Shown piece by piece: positions 10,449 to 22,576 of a stretch of DNA of 64,000 nucleotides (positions are counted from its first letter, which is position 1; the number at the start of each line of letters is the position of its first letter). Origin of the DNA: Raillietiella orientalis. Its lineage: Eukaryota. The stretch lies in the NCBI GenBank assembly GCA_036172245.1, contig JAYWIR010000040.1, positions 1,364,001 through 1,428,000 on the forward strand, written 5' to 3'. The translations under genes were made by a program, and so were the position numbers. The notes beneath the pieces were generated by a model that worked only from the letters and a program-made list of their open reading frames with translations, did not search any database and was not told the DNA's origin.

Positions 10449-13113
10449 ACCCACGCGGCGGCGGAGGCACTCCGCAAGGAATGCCGCGGGATCGCCAGGT
10501 TTAGGAAGACGGAGAGAAAAAAAAAAACTGCCGACCTCTTGGAGCGGGAAGCTTCCTTGCGGAGAGCTGCTCTCCGATAGAGTCGCCTCCGCTCCTCCTT
10601 CAGCTCAGTAAAGTTTCACCTCGGATGACTAGAGCAGCGTGCGGGTTTGATTGGTTCCTTCCAAGCCTTCCGCACTGGGAGGCCCGGCGGGACTCCTCCT
10701 CGCAGGGCCGGCAGCGCCCCGGACGGGGAAGAAGGGGAAGGATATTCCCCTTGCGGGCGAGCGCGCGACCCTTTTCCCAGGAGGAGCCGCGTGCGCAGGC
10801 GCGTACCACGTTGTCACCAGGAAAGGCAGTGACCGGACGAAACCGTGGCCTGGGGCTTGGAGGGCCTCCGTGAGCCATCGGGTACGGCACCCGACGGCGG
10901 GAAGAGGAAACCGCGCGGAAGCCGGCGCTCTCGCTCGTGAGACCCAAGCGGCGGCGGGCGCGGCAAGGCCGCGAGCGAGGGGAAGCTGAGGCAGAGCAAG
11001 GAATCCTCATCCTCTCCATCCCCGTATCCCGAGGTCCTGGTGACCTCTGTGGGGTCGCCCGCCCTCGAAGTCCCCATCAGCAGGTGACGATGACCCGCGC
11101 CGTCCTTCCCCTGAAATGGGAATTATCTGGGAGCACACTCGCCATAGAGGAGGAGGGCATCCCGGGTCCAATTTACCTCGCTCGACGTCCCTTTTCCACT
11201 CCCCTTCCCCTCCCTCCTACCCCAAGTGCGTCTGAAAACGACCCTGGATTGTCTCGCCAACCTCCCACCCCCACACCGCACGCGCCAGCTCCCCAGGAGG
11301 GGAGCTGCGGTCCTTGGTAGAGTCAGCCCTCACCCACATGAGCCAGAAATGCCTCCCTCCTGTTCGAAAGGGTCTCGTCCCGCGGGAGGTCAGTGAGGTG
11401 GGAGGTGCTGCAGGACGCACATCGAGGGACCAGGAAAGGCGGCTGCATAGCCAGTGGGGCGTACTGGAAGCGTCCAGCGCCACAACGCCAGCCCGGGTCC
11501 AGATGCCTTCTCCTCCCATGCAGCGTTTCCGCCGCTTCTCCCTGCCACCCCCCGCGACCGAAGCCTCGGGCGTTGGCGCGGAGGTGATCGCGTCTCCCTT
11601 TCCCCCCAAGGGATCGACTCCGTCGTGACCTCGAGCTGACGCGAGGCCTCCGAGAAAAAAGCGTGCGCTCGTCACCCCTCGCTTGAACCATCACACTCGC
11701 CTCCTTTGCTTCGCGGCGCCGCCCTTGCTGGGGGCGCCGGAGGGCATCCCTAAGATCGAAACTCCTTCGAGTCGTAGTGGCGGTTGGTCTTCCCTTTTCC
11801 CATGCGACCGACCAGAAGCAGCTCTCGCTCCTACAAGGGAGTCCTCCATCCCATAGTGAGTCGACCACCCCCACATGATCTCGGAGCGACCTGAGGATCT
11901 CCAGAGCGACATAAACCCCTCGGAAGGGAAGAATAGACCCTCAGAGCCACAAAAGCGCCATCAAGATTTTTCCGGAATTCCTCCCACTCCCAGCTACCCC
12001 TTCCTTCTCGTCCTCCTCCTCTTTTCAGCGCCCTTCCTGTTACTCCGAGATCCTCCCCAGAATCTCTTGAGAGGCATCCGGCCATTCACCTGCTCCGCTC
12101 CCTCAGCCCGCAATGGTTCGTGGTAAGGAGGAGGGGAGAGATCGGGGAGGGAGGATGCTTTGCCCTCCTGCGTTTCCAGGGAGCGGAGGCTCCTGGATCC
12201 TTCTCTGACCCTCTTCCCCCTTTCTACTTGGCTCCACCCCTTCCTTCCTAGAATCGGAGAAACCGGAAGCCAGCGTTCGCGACGGCGATCTTGCGTCGTC
12301 CTCCGGAACGACTCGTCGCGACTCCCGGAGGCTCCTGACACGTCGGAAGGGTGGAGAGCTTCCCACGGAGCCGAATGCTCAGTACCCCGCTGCCGCTCAA
12401 GCGAACTGAGGTCACTTCCGGATGTCCAACTATTGGCAGTCTCCCGGACCTCTCCTGGGATCATCGTGGACCGGCCAGCCGCTCCGACCCGCGAAGCAAA
12501 GGCAGAGCGGGATGCAGCGCCACCATCCCGGCGAATCCGCAAACGAAGTGGTGCCGGACGGACCGCCATTTGATGACCGTGCCGCTCCGCGACCTCCCGC
12601 TGACCACCACCCACCAGCCACTCGCCTTCCCGCGCCACGGAAAGAACGTTCGGGAAGAGGAGGGTTCATGGACCTCCGCATCCCCTTCCTCGCAACCACG
12701 GATCGGCGTTCGCAGCGCAAGTCCTCGCGCCCACTGCCTCTGAAGCGAACGGCTGCTGCTGCCCGGGGAGACGTCGGGATGGCGGTGGCAGCCGCCGGCA
12801 CCATTCTTCTCCTTCGCCTTCTCCTGCGCGTCCCTCCTCCCTCCCCCTTGCGCCCTCCTCTCCCCCAGAATGGAGACAACTCGCACACAGTTGATTCCCA
12901 GGGCGGCAGTTTTTCTTTCTTTTCGATTGTTTCCTGGGAGACGGGACGGTCTCGACAGGATGTTCCTCTCCTGGGACCGGGGTGTCTTCCACTCAGCGAT
13001 GAGGCAGTCGGGACACTCCTGGACGAAGACACCCTGAAGCTGGAGAAGGGCGCGGGAAGGGGAGTAAAGGGGCGTGACCTCACCTACCTGGGAGCGTGGG
13101 GTGGCGTGCACGG

Positions 13114-14998
13114 TCAGAAAAAGCAGGTCGGATTCACCTGGCAGATCCATTTGCCCACATCCATGTAGAGGAAGCTCTGCCCCACGGGGCAGAACTGCTT
13201 GGGACCCCACACGCCCCACGGCAGGCAGACTTTGAAAAGTCTGCAGCCCTTCTGCAGCACCTGGCCGGGCAGACAGAAGGCGACTGCGAAGAAGGGATGG
13301 GAAGGAGGTCAGCCGGTGTGGCGAGCGAGCGCATTCCACCGCGGGCGCGCTGAGGGCGGCTTGGGTGCGCATGTCCGCCCAGCGTGCCGCGCACCACGCC
13401 AGCAGCGGTGCGCCTTCGCACCGACGCGCACGTGCCGCGCGCGATTCCGTGTCTCGCGGGGTCATCGCGCGAAATGACTGGCGTGTCCACGTGTACACGG
13501 ACAGTGAGCGCTCGGCCCTCGGGCGTGTACAGAGATGCCTAATCGCATGCGTATACTCGAGCGGCTCCTCGGACATTCCGCGTTTTCGCTCGCGCGCGCA
13601 CACCCGCCGTAGAGGCGGGTCATCCTGCGTGCTCGTTGACACGTAGCCGCGTGTACGCACCAGCGCTTGTGCACGCGATCACCGGAGTGTATTCACTTTT
13701 CAATTTCGGCACAGTGTACGACCAAGACATGTACGTGTACAGAAATTGGGACATCCAGGTGTCGTAAGGTGCTGCTGGAATCCAGAGCTAATTCACGAGT
13801 ACGGATCAATGTACATCGGTATACGCATCCGTGTTCACGCATACATGTGCTCCCAGGACACCCACCCATCAGTGCACGCCCCGCTGAGCTCACCCACCTC
13901 CTCGCGCGACACGCTCGTGTCAGATTCGAGGGGTGCGGCATGCACACCGGTGTCTGCATACGTCTACCCGCGCGCTCGGAAGCTGCCCGCACTGCCGGAG
14001 TCGAGTCGGTACATGCGGTAGACCCCCGAGACCTCTGCGTCGTCCCGGGTACCTCGTCGGACGGCGGTCGACTCCGTGTACGCACCGGCGCGTAGGCACA
14101 GCGAGGCGCGGAGCCCTGGACGGAACACGCCTCAGGGGGTGAGCACTCACATCCCCACAGGAAACGGGTGTCCACCTCGCCGGCGTCATCTTCTTCGTCT
14201 CCCCACTCCTCTTCGGTGTCGTCGAAGATGACCGCTGGCGCGTCGGAACCGAGCAGTCCCGGCAGGCCTTGAGCCTCCTTGAAGCGGCCTGCGTTCAGAG
14301 GGACATTGTCCAGCGACCTGTTGACCAGTTCCGCCCACAGGGTCAAGTTCAGCGTGCGATGCAGCCCTGAAGTGAGCCAGGACCGTCAAGACTCGGACTG
14401 GGTCCTCCCACTTCCACCTTACTCAAGGCGCTTTGGGCGGGGATGTCTGCAGGCGACGTTCTTCGGAGGGAGTCAGGAAGTAGCAGGCCGAAGCTCGTCG
14501 CCAAGGCGATAACGAAAGCGGTGGTGACGAAGAGGACGACCGTCGGCTGCACCGAAGTGGCGCGCTGGAGCAAAGCTCGAGTTCAGGGTTCCCACACCTC
14601 CGGAAGCGAAGAGCGCCTCAGCGAGGTGCTCATGAGAGACGGTTCGCCGCCACCTTTCCAGAGGATGGTGGAGGCTGTGGATATATTCTCGAAGACAAGG
14701 AAACAGCATTCGACTCGAAAGCTGCATCAGAAGACGAGTGCTCGCGCTGCCGTCGCATCGTTTCCGCACCCCTTCACATCCTGGCAACGGTCGGAGAGAG
14801 GCGCTCGTCCGACGATGGACGAGGGACGTGCGAACGAATCTCCCCCTGCAGCTAGCCTCTCCCTCACCAGTCCCTCCTAGGAAGTTTCCACCGGCACGCA
14901 GGCCTCCTGGTACGCCTGCCTCTCTTCCTCCTCCTCCTCCTCCTCGCACTTTCACCTACACAACGGGCGACGTCGCATACGCACCCGGTTGTTGCCAT
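13114..14998 (-). CDS. P2: secreted prepropeptide with a six-Cys domain, about 175-180 aa
   Basis: Exons 14998-14981 (MATTGC, tentative), 14546 or 14564 to 14423 (PTVVLFVTTAFVIALATSFGLLLP...|gtaagg), 14366-14151 (acidic spacer ending EEDDAGEVDTRFLWG|gtgagt), 13283-13114 (AFCLPGQVLQKGCRLFKVCLPWGVWGPKQFCPVGQSFLYMDVGKWICQVNPTCFF*; branch gctgac, pyrimidine tract, cgcag acceptor). The last exon is not in the ORF track. Confidence 0.85.
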
Positions 14999-17900
14999 CC
15001 CGACCGACAAGGGGAGGCCATTTCAGACTCGCTGCGAGCGGCGTCCCCCAGTTCCACTCAACCGAATGACCGCGCCGCTAGAGTGCTCTGCCAGAGGAGC
15101 CCCAGCAGCGCGTCTCCTGAGCTCACGCGTTCCTGAGAGTCTGCGCCCGACCAACGGAAGACCTCTCTTCGTCGTGCAGGCGCGGAATACGCGATCTTCG
15201 GAGCAGGAAGGACCGGTGGCTCGCTTTTGGTTCGGTCCAGCTCCGTCTCCGGGCGCCCTGCCGATGGCGTTACCCTTCGCATGCGACCAGCCGGTGGTCC
15301 TGCTTCCGTTTCGTCCACACCAGGAACCCACCTTTCCTCCATCTTGTTCCTCGAGAAATCGTCGTTCCTCTGCTTCCTGAATCTCCCTTGGCGTTTCCCG
15401 TGCCAAAGATGCTCGCGGCTTGGCAAAAACGAGGAGCTTGGGAAGAGGAATGATGGACCGGGCTGCTTGGTGCCTCATGCGGCAAAAATAAACCAACCAC
15501 ACAGATCAAAAAAAAAAAATGGGTTTTCCGTTTTGCCGTGGCCGAGAAATCGGCAGAATCTTCTGGAAGGACCGAATGCCCACGGGCGCCGGCGTGCATC
15601 CAGGTTCGTGTCCCGAACCGCGAGAGAGAAAACGCGCCCAAGAGTCTTCGAGGGAATCGATCGACCAGCGTCGCACGCCGTCTCCGGCAACGGAGCGAAA
15701 CAGTATCTCTTCCCGAACACGCATTTTGTTTTTTTCTTTTCAGAGGGCAGCAGAAGACCTCACGAGATCGTTGCTACTGGCCCAGGGTGGTGGAAATCCT
15801 GTCGAGTCTTCTATTTGCTGCCTTCCTTCTAGCTTCTTCCTTTCATTCTTTCGGTTTTCTCTTGCTTTTGATTCGCTAACCGTTCGCTCGGGAACCGTTC
15901 GCTCCCCTTCCATGAGTGCACCGGGGCGACTCGACGCCACAGAAGGTCATGAGGCTCTTTGAACAAGGTCACGCCACTCAAGGTTGCGTGTGACTGTCAG
16001 GGGAACCCCTAAGGGAACCGCTCCTTATTTACTCCTCTTCCAGCACTCCGGAAGGGAGGCCGACTCCGTGACCCGCAAACTGGTGGGGAAACCCGGAGGG
16101 AACTGGCCTGCTCCACGATTCCTGGAAGGACCCCGGAGGGGGATACTTCCAGTTCCACGGGGAGCATCCCGATTCCGACGCGTGCGAGCGCCGGACTCGA
16201 ACAACCAGCGTCCTGAAGGGAGACTCGAAATCCACGACGACTCGCCCCGTTCCCGGCGTCGTTCCTTCGCGAGGGGGAAAGGGAGGGGGGAAGTTTCGAA
16301 CCTGTGGCGCCAGGTGCCGCGCGCGGCAGCCGCAGCCACACACTGCCGCCAACACGCCACTTTAGGGACATTGCAGAATGAGGTTCATTCCCCTTCCTGC
16401 ATGCGGGTCCTCTCCGCGAAACCCATTGGAGTCTGAGAGATGCAACCGCACCATAACCAACATCTTCCCTCTTCCTCTCTCCAGGATCCAGTCCGAAGGC
16501 GCGCGAGAGAGCATTCGGTCCATCTGGATCCGTGTCTCGCTCTGATCCTCTGGCGTCCTGCTCGACCTGGATGGCTCCCTCCCTTTTCTTCCTTTCTTTC
16601 TGGCCCGCTTGCCTCTTCGGAAACTTTTTCGGCCGCGTCCCCTTTTCCGTTGCTTCGGAAGCAGCTGCCGCCCTCGCTGCTGAGGCTCCGAGAGGACCGC
16701 CGAACCTGAGAGCCGGTCTGCGACCCCACCGGCGTCTCCACGTCTCCAGTCTGCCTCCGAGACGGTTTCGTCCGATCGGAACCCGCACGCGGTCCAATGC
16801 GTGGGAGGAAGAGGCGGACTTGCTGGGCGAAACCCTCCAAGGGAGAGAGCACCGCTGCTTCGCGCGCTTCCGCATGCGGCGCGTCGGAAGAACCGCTGGC
16901 CTCTTCCGCTTCTCGAGTCACGTTTCGGAGCCTCGGGAAGCGGCCAGCTGCTTTCTGGGGCTCCGGTCTGCCGCCGGCGCCTCTGCCGGCACCGAAACCC
17001 TCGCTATGGAGGTCGTCTCGGAGAGCCGCGAAAGTGGACCGCCTCGCACCGGAAGAGCCGGAGAGCTCCAGCCGGTCGGAAGCCACAAGCAGTCCTCGTC
17101 TCTTCCCCTCCCTCCTTCTCCCCAGCGCGTCTCAGGCATTCTCAGCTTGCCTTCTCGGGCGAAGACAAACGTTGGAGACGCGCGTCGTCGTGGAGACAAC
17201 TCTTTGCTCCACATGGACGGAGAAAGTGGAAAGCCGAGAGGAAGGGGGCGCGCCGCGGAGACATCCCTACCGAAAAGGCGTCGTGGCGTGGAGAAAGGGA
17301 GAGGGGAGAGGGAGGCGGGACGCGGGAAGAGTCTGCAGCGTCACAACCGTCAGACGCGGACTCTCCGGCGGAGACCTGCGTTCGCCTCGAGAGGTGCAGG
17401 AGCGCCGGGCGCGCTCTTCGACCTCCAAATGCCCCGAATTCAGTCCTCCTCTCCCCTCTCTCTTCCCACGGTGGCGACGGCGGCACCAATGGAAGGGGGA
17501 GATGGACTGCCCCGTAGTGCTCGAGGGGTGGCCTTCCCGAATCGTTTGCAAACCCTAGGAGTGGACTCACCCAGACTGGCAGCCGGCTGGAGGTGCACAT
17601 CATCTTCTACAGTCGGAAGGGGTCGCGGAAGTATCTCGATGTGCACTGCTCGATGTGTACTGGGCTCCAGCAACCTTTTCCCTCCGGCTGGCAGCTGAGG
17701 AGGCGAAGAACGGAAAAAGAAGGGGGTAAAAAAAAGTCCGGCAAAAAACGGGGAGAGGAAGAGAAGTGCTGAGGGAGGAGAACGCGAAGGAGGAGAGGAG
17801 AGGTGAGACGGCTGAGGCTCACTTTCTGCTTCCTTTCGTCTTTCTTCTTCTTCTCCTCCTTCTCCTCCCCCCCATAATTTTTGTTCGGTAGCTCCCTTAG

Positions 17901-18674
17901 CGTGGACGGGAAAAGGGGGGGATCATGAGCGCACGAACGGTGGCTGGCGAATCATCGGGAGATCTGTGGCAAATCTTCGAATCCTCCGTCCCCATTCCTT
18001 CTCCTTCCCCTCCGAGGGAGGGTGGATCCATTCGCTCGCTTCCTCATCCCGCTCTCTCTCTCCCCCTCGTCCTCGGGTTGCCTCCCTCCCTTTCCCTCTC
18101 TCCCCTTCGTTCTCGCGTTGCCTCCCTCCCGCTCGGTGCCAGCAGAGGCAGAACGCTAGGTTCTGACGTTTCAAGGGCCTCCCTAGGTCGCCCTCCGCCG
18201 ATGCAGCCCCGGGCAATGGGATCGTGGAAGGAATGCGGGCAGGAGGCTGCACCTCCTCGCCCTCTCTCCGAACAGCAAAGGTGATCGTGGCAACGGTGGT
18301 GTCCTGCGGGTGAGGTCGGCAGAGCAGCGGTGATGGCAGGGGGCATTGGAGGCGGCGCGGCGAAAGCACCCTGCGGCCGCAGCGATGCCGATCTCCTTGG
18401 AGGCGGAGGCGGATGCGGCAGGGTGGAAATGGGGGAAGGGAGGACTGGGGAAACCGCAGCTACCCTCCTCCTCCCCCTCTTCCTCCTCTCCCTCTCTCTC
18501 CGACCCAGGGCGCACGATGCTCCTTGCGCAAGCGCGCTCGCTCCGGGCTTGCGGACCGGCTGACCGCGACTCGCAGCTGCGGACGGGGCGGACGCAAGCG
18601 GCTCATTTAGCGTGCGCCGCGGCAGTGACGGGACCCGATCGCCTTCCGCCGAGTCTCCCTCTTTTTCCCCGAGG

Positions 18675-20257
18675 ATGACCCGCCACGGGGCCCCCGGACC
18701 GACGGCGTTGCAGGTAAGGCGGCGGCGACACCGCGACCCCCCCCCCCCCCCCAGCTCTCGTTCGGCAGAAGCTCCCTCGGGGTAACGCGCGGTCGTCGAG
18801 GACGGCTGCTCGAAGTACGCACGAGGGGAGAGGCTCGCTCGAGAGGAATGAGCGGGAGGGAGCTCTGGAGCGGTTCTTCCAACCATCCTCCGCACGCGTT
18901 CCCACCTTCCGGGGAAGGGAAAGGAGGGACGCGGCGGGTCGTCCGCTGTCCCCGCCCCGCTTCTCCCGCGCTCCTCCAGAGCAGGCCGCGCGCCCGGAAG
19001 TCCCTCGTTTCCATAGGGAGCTCCCTCGGCGCCGAAGGAACGGGAAAACGGCGGCTGGAGAGGGTCCCCGCTGCGAGTGTCCGGGACTTGCTCTTGGTCT
19101 TGAGTCTCCGAGCTCTGACTGAGGGAGAGGAAGAGAGGGACGATGGAGACCCAGGAGCCGAGGACCGGGAAGATGACAGAATCGAGTAGGAAAAGCTGCA
19201 GTTTCGCGCTAGGGAACTACCTGACGCGGGTTCATGACAAGGAAGGACAAGTGCAGGAAGGTGGGAAACTGAAGGAGAGCCGTTGTCTTGGAGATGGGCG
19301 GAATACCTTGCTGGCCGTCGCGGCGAGGGTCAAGAGCCTCACAGGCAGAACGCTCTGCACGCTTTCCTTCCTCCCCATTGGACTCTCCCTTGCGCGGCAG
19401 CCGGGCTCGACTGGTTCGGGGCAGAGGCAGGAAGGACCCTACCGTCTCTCATCCTGTCCTCTTTCAGATGCTGCTGCTAGCGGTGATTTGCTGGATGCTC
19501 GCTGTTCCCCGAGGAGAGTCCCTGAAAGGTGGGTCAGTTCTTCCCTCATCTTCCTTCCCCCGCGCCTCCCGAAGTTCCGTGACCTCCCCCTGCTCATTTC
19601 TGAGGGGCCAGAGGACGGCGCCACCTTCTTCCGATCGCGTGGTCCGTTTCGTCAGCTGGAGGGGGACCCACCCGTCCATGGCATCTCGGCGGGGGGGCGA
19701 GGTCCCTCCCAATTAACTGCCTCTTCCGGGAATCCCGCGCTTTTTCCTCGTGAGGAGAGGGAGGAGCTCACCCCCTGCATCTTTCAGGTCTCCAGGATAC
19801 CTTCCGACATCCTCCAGGCATTCAGACGCTCTCCCGGAGTCTCCAGAGGTTGACCCGCGCCCTGAGGGTGCCCAGGTTCATCTACGGTGAGTAGCTCGGG
19901 AAGCCTTCCGGGGAGCAGGTAGGCCTCAGCTACCTCCCCTCCTCCCTTTTCCTCCGTGACCCACAAGCTGAAGGAGGTAGCTCGGCTGAGAGCCTCTGAA
20001 AAAGGGGGGGGGATGGATCTGCTTTACGGCGGATAGTAGGCGCTCAAGGCCACCATGTGACCCTTCATCGCGGCTCCTCCTCTCTTTCAGTGTTTTGCAA
20101 CACGACTGAGTTTGCGGTTCTCGGGTGCCGCACCTACAAGAGGTGTCTACCGAACAACGTGTGGGGATACCCAGAGTACTGCCCCGTCCGCCGAAGGGTG
20201 ATTATCCTCCCGGGCAACGCCACCTGCGTGAAAGATCCCACCTGCATCTTCTTCTGA
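18675..20257 (+). CDS. P3: secreted prepropeptide with a six-Cys domain, about 121 aa
   Basis: Exons 18675-18713 (MTRHGAPGPTALQ|gtaagg), 19468-19528 (MLLLAVICWMLAVPRGESLK), 19788-19886 (ending LRVPRFIY|gtgagt), 20091-20257 (FCNTTEFAVLGCRTYKRCLPNNVWGYPEYCPVRRRVIILPGNATCVKDPTCIFF*). All three acceptors are tttcag; phases 0,1,1; ATTAAA at about 20315. Confidence 0.88.
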
Positions 20258-21131
20258 CCCCTTCCGGGATTCACCATCTTCCCCCGAGGGACGACCCCTT
20301 TCTCTGTCCAGGAGATTAAAAAAAAAATGCTTGTTCCTGGCTCTCTTCCCAGAGGTCTCAACGAGACGAATTCCTCCTCGCGGTCTCCGGGGTTCATCCA
20401 CCTGCCTGTAGGGCTGTTCCCGAAAGGGAACGCTGAGGCCTCCCCCTGGAAACGGGCTTCCAGGAAGAGGAGGAGGAGCGCGGCGGCCCTCTTCTCGCTG
20501 ACCTTTCCCCTTCCTCTGGGCATGGCGAGGAGGAGCACGCGTGGGGAGGCGGTGCGCCTTCTAAGTTCGGAAGGAGCTGGCAGCAACCCGCACCGCGGAT
20601 GGACAGTCGTCCCACGGGAGAGGCGGAGAGTCCTGCGAGATTACCGAAGGTCCCTCCTGATCTTGGAAAATGAGAACGTCCCAGTAGGAGGGTCCCCGCT
20701 CTCCCCTAAGGGTTGCTGACGCGGGAGGCCGGAGAAGGAAGATGAGGTGGGCGCGCAGGGTGGACGCTCCTCCCTCTACATCAGACCTCCCGCTCGTTTC
20801 TCCTCCCGGGAAGCAGGGTCCACTTTTCTGCTACGCCTCCAGGTGGGCGCGTCCGCGGCCTGAAAGCGACGGAGCTCCTGCAGGTCCTCCAGAGACGCGG
20901 GAGGTTTATTCTTCTCCTCCAGGACCGCAAGAACACCGGAAGCGTCTCTCAGGACCTTCTAGGGGACGCAGGGTCATTCCCTCCACCTGTCTTCTCTGTC
21001 TTTTATTTAACATTTCCTTTCTCCCTTCTCCCCTTCCTCTTCTTTCCTCCGCCCTCTTTGTCCTCTCATCCCGCTGGCACCCAGCAGCGCCATTCGGCAA
21101 TGAGGACAGCCCTCGAGGGACCGCGACGGGC

Positions 21132-22576
21132 TCAGATGAAGCAGGTGTCGTCCTCCTCGCACCGGACGCTCGAGGTGCTGTCGTTGGCGATCTGCAGCAC
21201 TGGACGGAATCCCGTGGGGCACTCCTGGAAGAATCCAATCTTCCTGCCCCGGCAGACGGCGTACTTCCTGCAGGTGTACCGGATGAGTATTCTATCGGAG
21301 CAGGGGAAACCTTCGAGACCAGAAGAGAGAGGAGTTGTCGTCGTGAACGGCGAGCGAAGGGGACGAAGAGGGGGCGGGGTGGCAGCACGCCCCGCCTTCC
21401 CGGGGAGGAGGCACTGGAGTGCACGGTCCTTCCAGCATGCCATGTGCATTTCTGCCCGCTGATCCCTTTCGGAAAGGGATTAGGACGGAGCGGACCTTCG
21501 GACCCAGGACTCAGCACTCAGCCGGCAAGGACAGAGGCTTCCCCCTCAGCGACAAGAAGAAATCCCAAAGAGAATCGCTCCCGGGAAGAAATCGCTCTCT
21601 CGTCTTCATGTCATCAAGGTAGGAGGAGGAGGAAGAAGAAAAGGAGAGTGTCCAGCGACCGAGGGAGGGAGATATCACACCACTTCTTCGCCCTCATCAC
21701 CACACTTTTCTCAGCTTCCCTATTCTTATTCCTCCTTTCGCTGCCTCTCTTCCTCCTCCTACTCGTGGTCGCCGTGGTCTTCTCCACAATTTCCTCGCCC
21801 GCATCTTCACTCTGGCTCTTCCATCTTGTCCTCCTCCTCGCCGTCTCCTCCTCCACCGACGTCGTGCCGCCAAGGGATACCAGCTTCCACCGTTCATCAG
21901 GCCATGCCTGCAAGGGCTGTCTGCAGGTGTTGGTGGGTGGAGCCGTGAGAAAACTCCGCCCTCTTGCTCCCCACTCCCCGAAGTCTGGCTTTTCGCGCCT
22001 TCTTCGGGCAAGCCTCCGAAGGGATAGGGTCCACTCCCTCCCCCTTCCCCCCTTCTGCCCTCCTCCTCCTTCCTAATTCTCCGCCGCCACAGGCGACGCT
22101 TCCGACCTGGCCGGTTGCCGCCTTCCTTGCTCGGTCACTCATGGTCTCCCCGACAGCCGTCCCTAGGGAAGTGCCTAGCTCCAAAGGAAGGAAGAGGATC
22201 TCCACTCCTTCCTTGAACCCCCCCGTCGGAAAGTTGCGCCCAAAGGCAGCCGACCACCTTCCTTTCCCACTCGTCCTCCAACAGCAGCAGGAGCAGGAGC
22301 AGGAAGGGAAGAGGAGGAGGAAGAAAGAAGGGAGAGGAAGGAAAAGGAGGAGGAGGATTCCTATGATAGCCTACGCGCACTCGCGCGCTCGGAGGGTGCA
22401 GCAAGGTTGGGTGGGAAGGGATGTCAACGGCCCGAGGAACAATCGAAAAGACGGTCACCTGGTAGATACAGCCTACGGTAGGTCATTTCACCGCTCGCGC
22501 CCTCGCTGCTGCTGGAGACCGCGACGAGCACCAGCGCCACGGCGGTGGCGGCAGGAAGGGCAGCAACTGGATGCAT
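21132..22576 (-). CDS. P4: secreted prepropeptide with a six-Cys domain, about 98 aa
   Basis: Exon 22576-22459 (MHPVAALPAATAVALVLVAVSSSSEGASGEMTYRRLYLP, phase-1 donor gtgacc) and exon 21310-21132 (FPCSDRILIRYTCRKYAVCRGRKIGFFQECPTGFRPVLQIANDSTSSVRCEEDDTCFI*). AATAAA on - at 21002-21007. Possible upstream exon 23764-23669 (donor gtaaga). The Cys exon is well supported; upstream exons are less certain. Confidence 0.72.
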
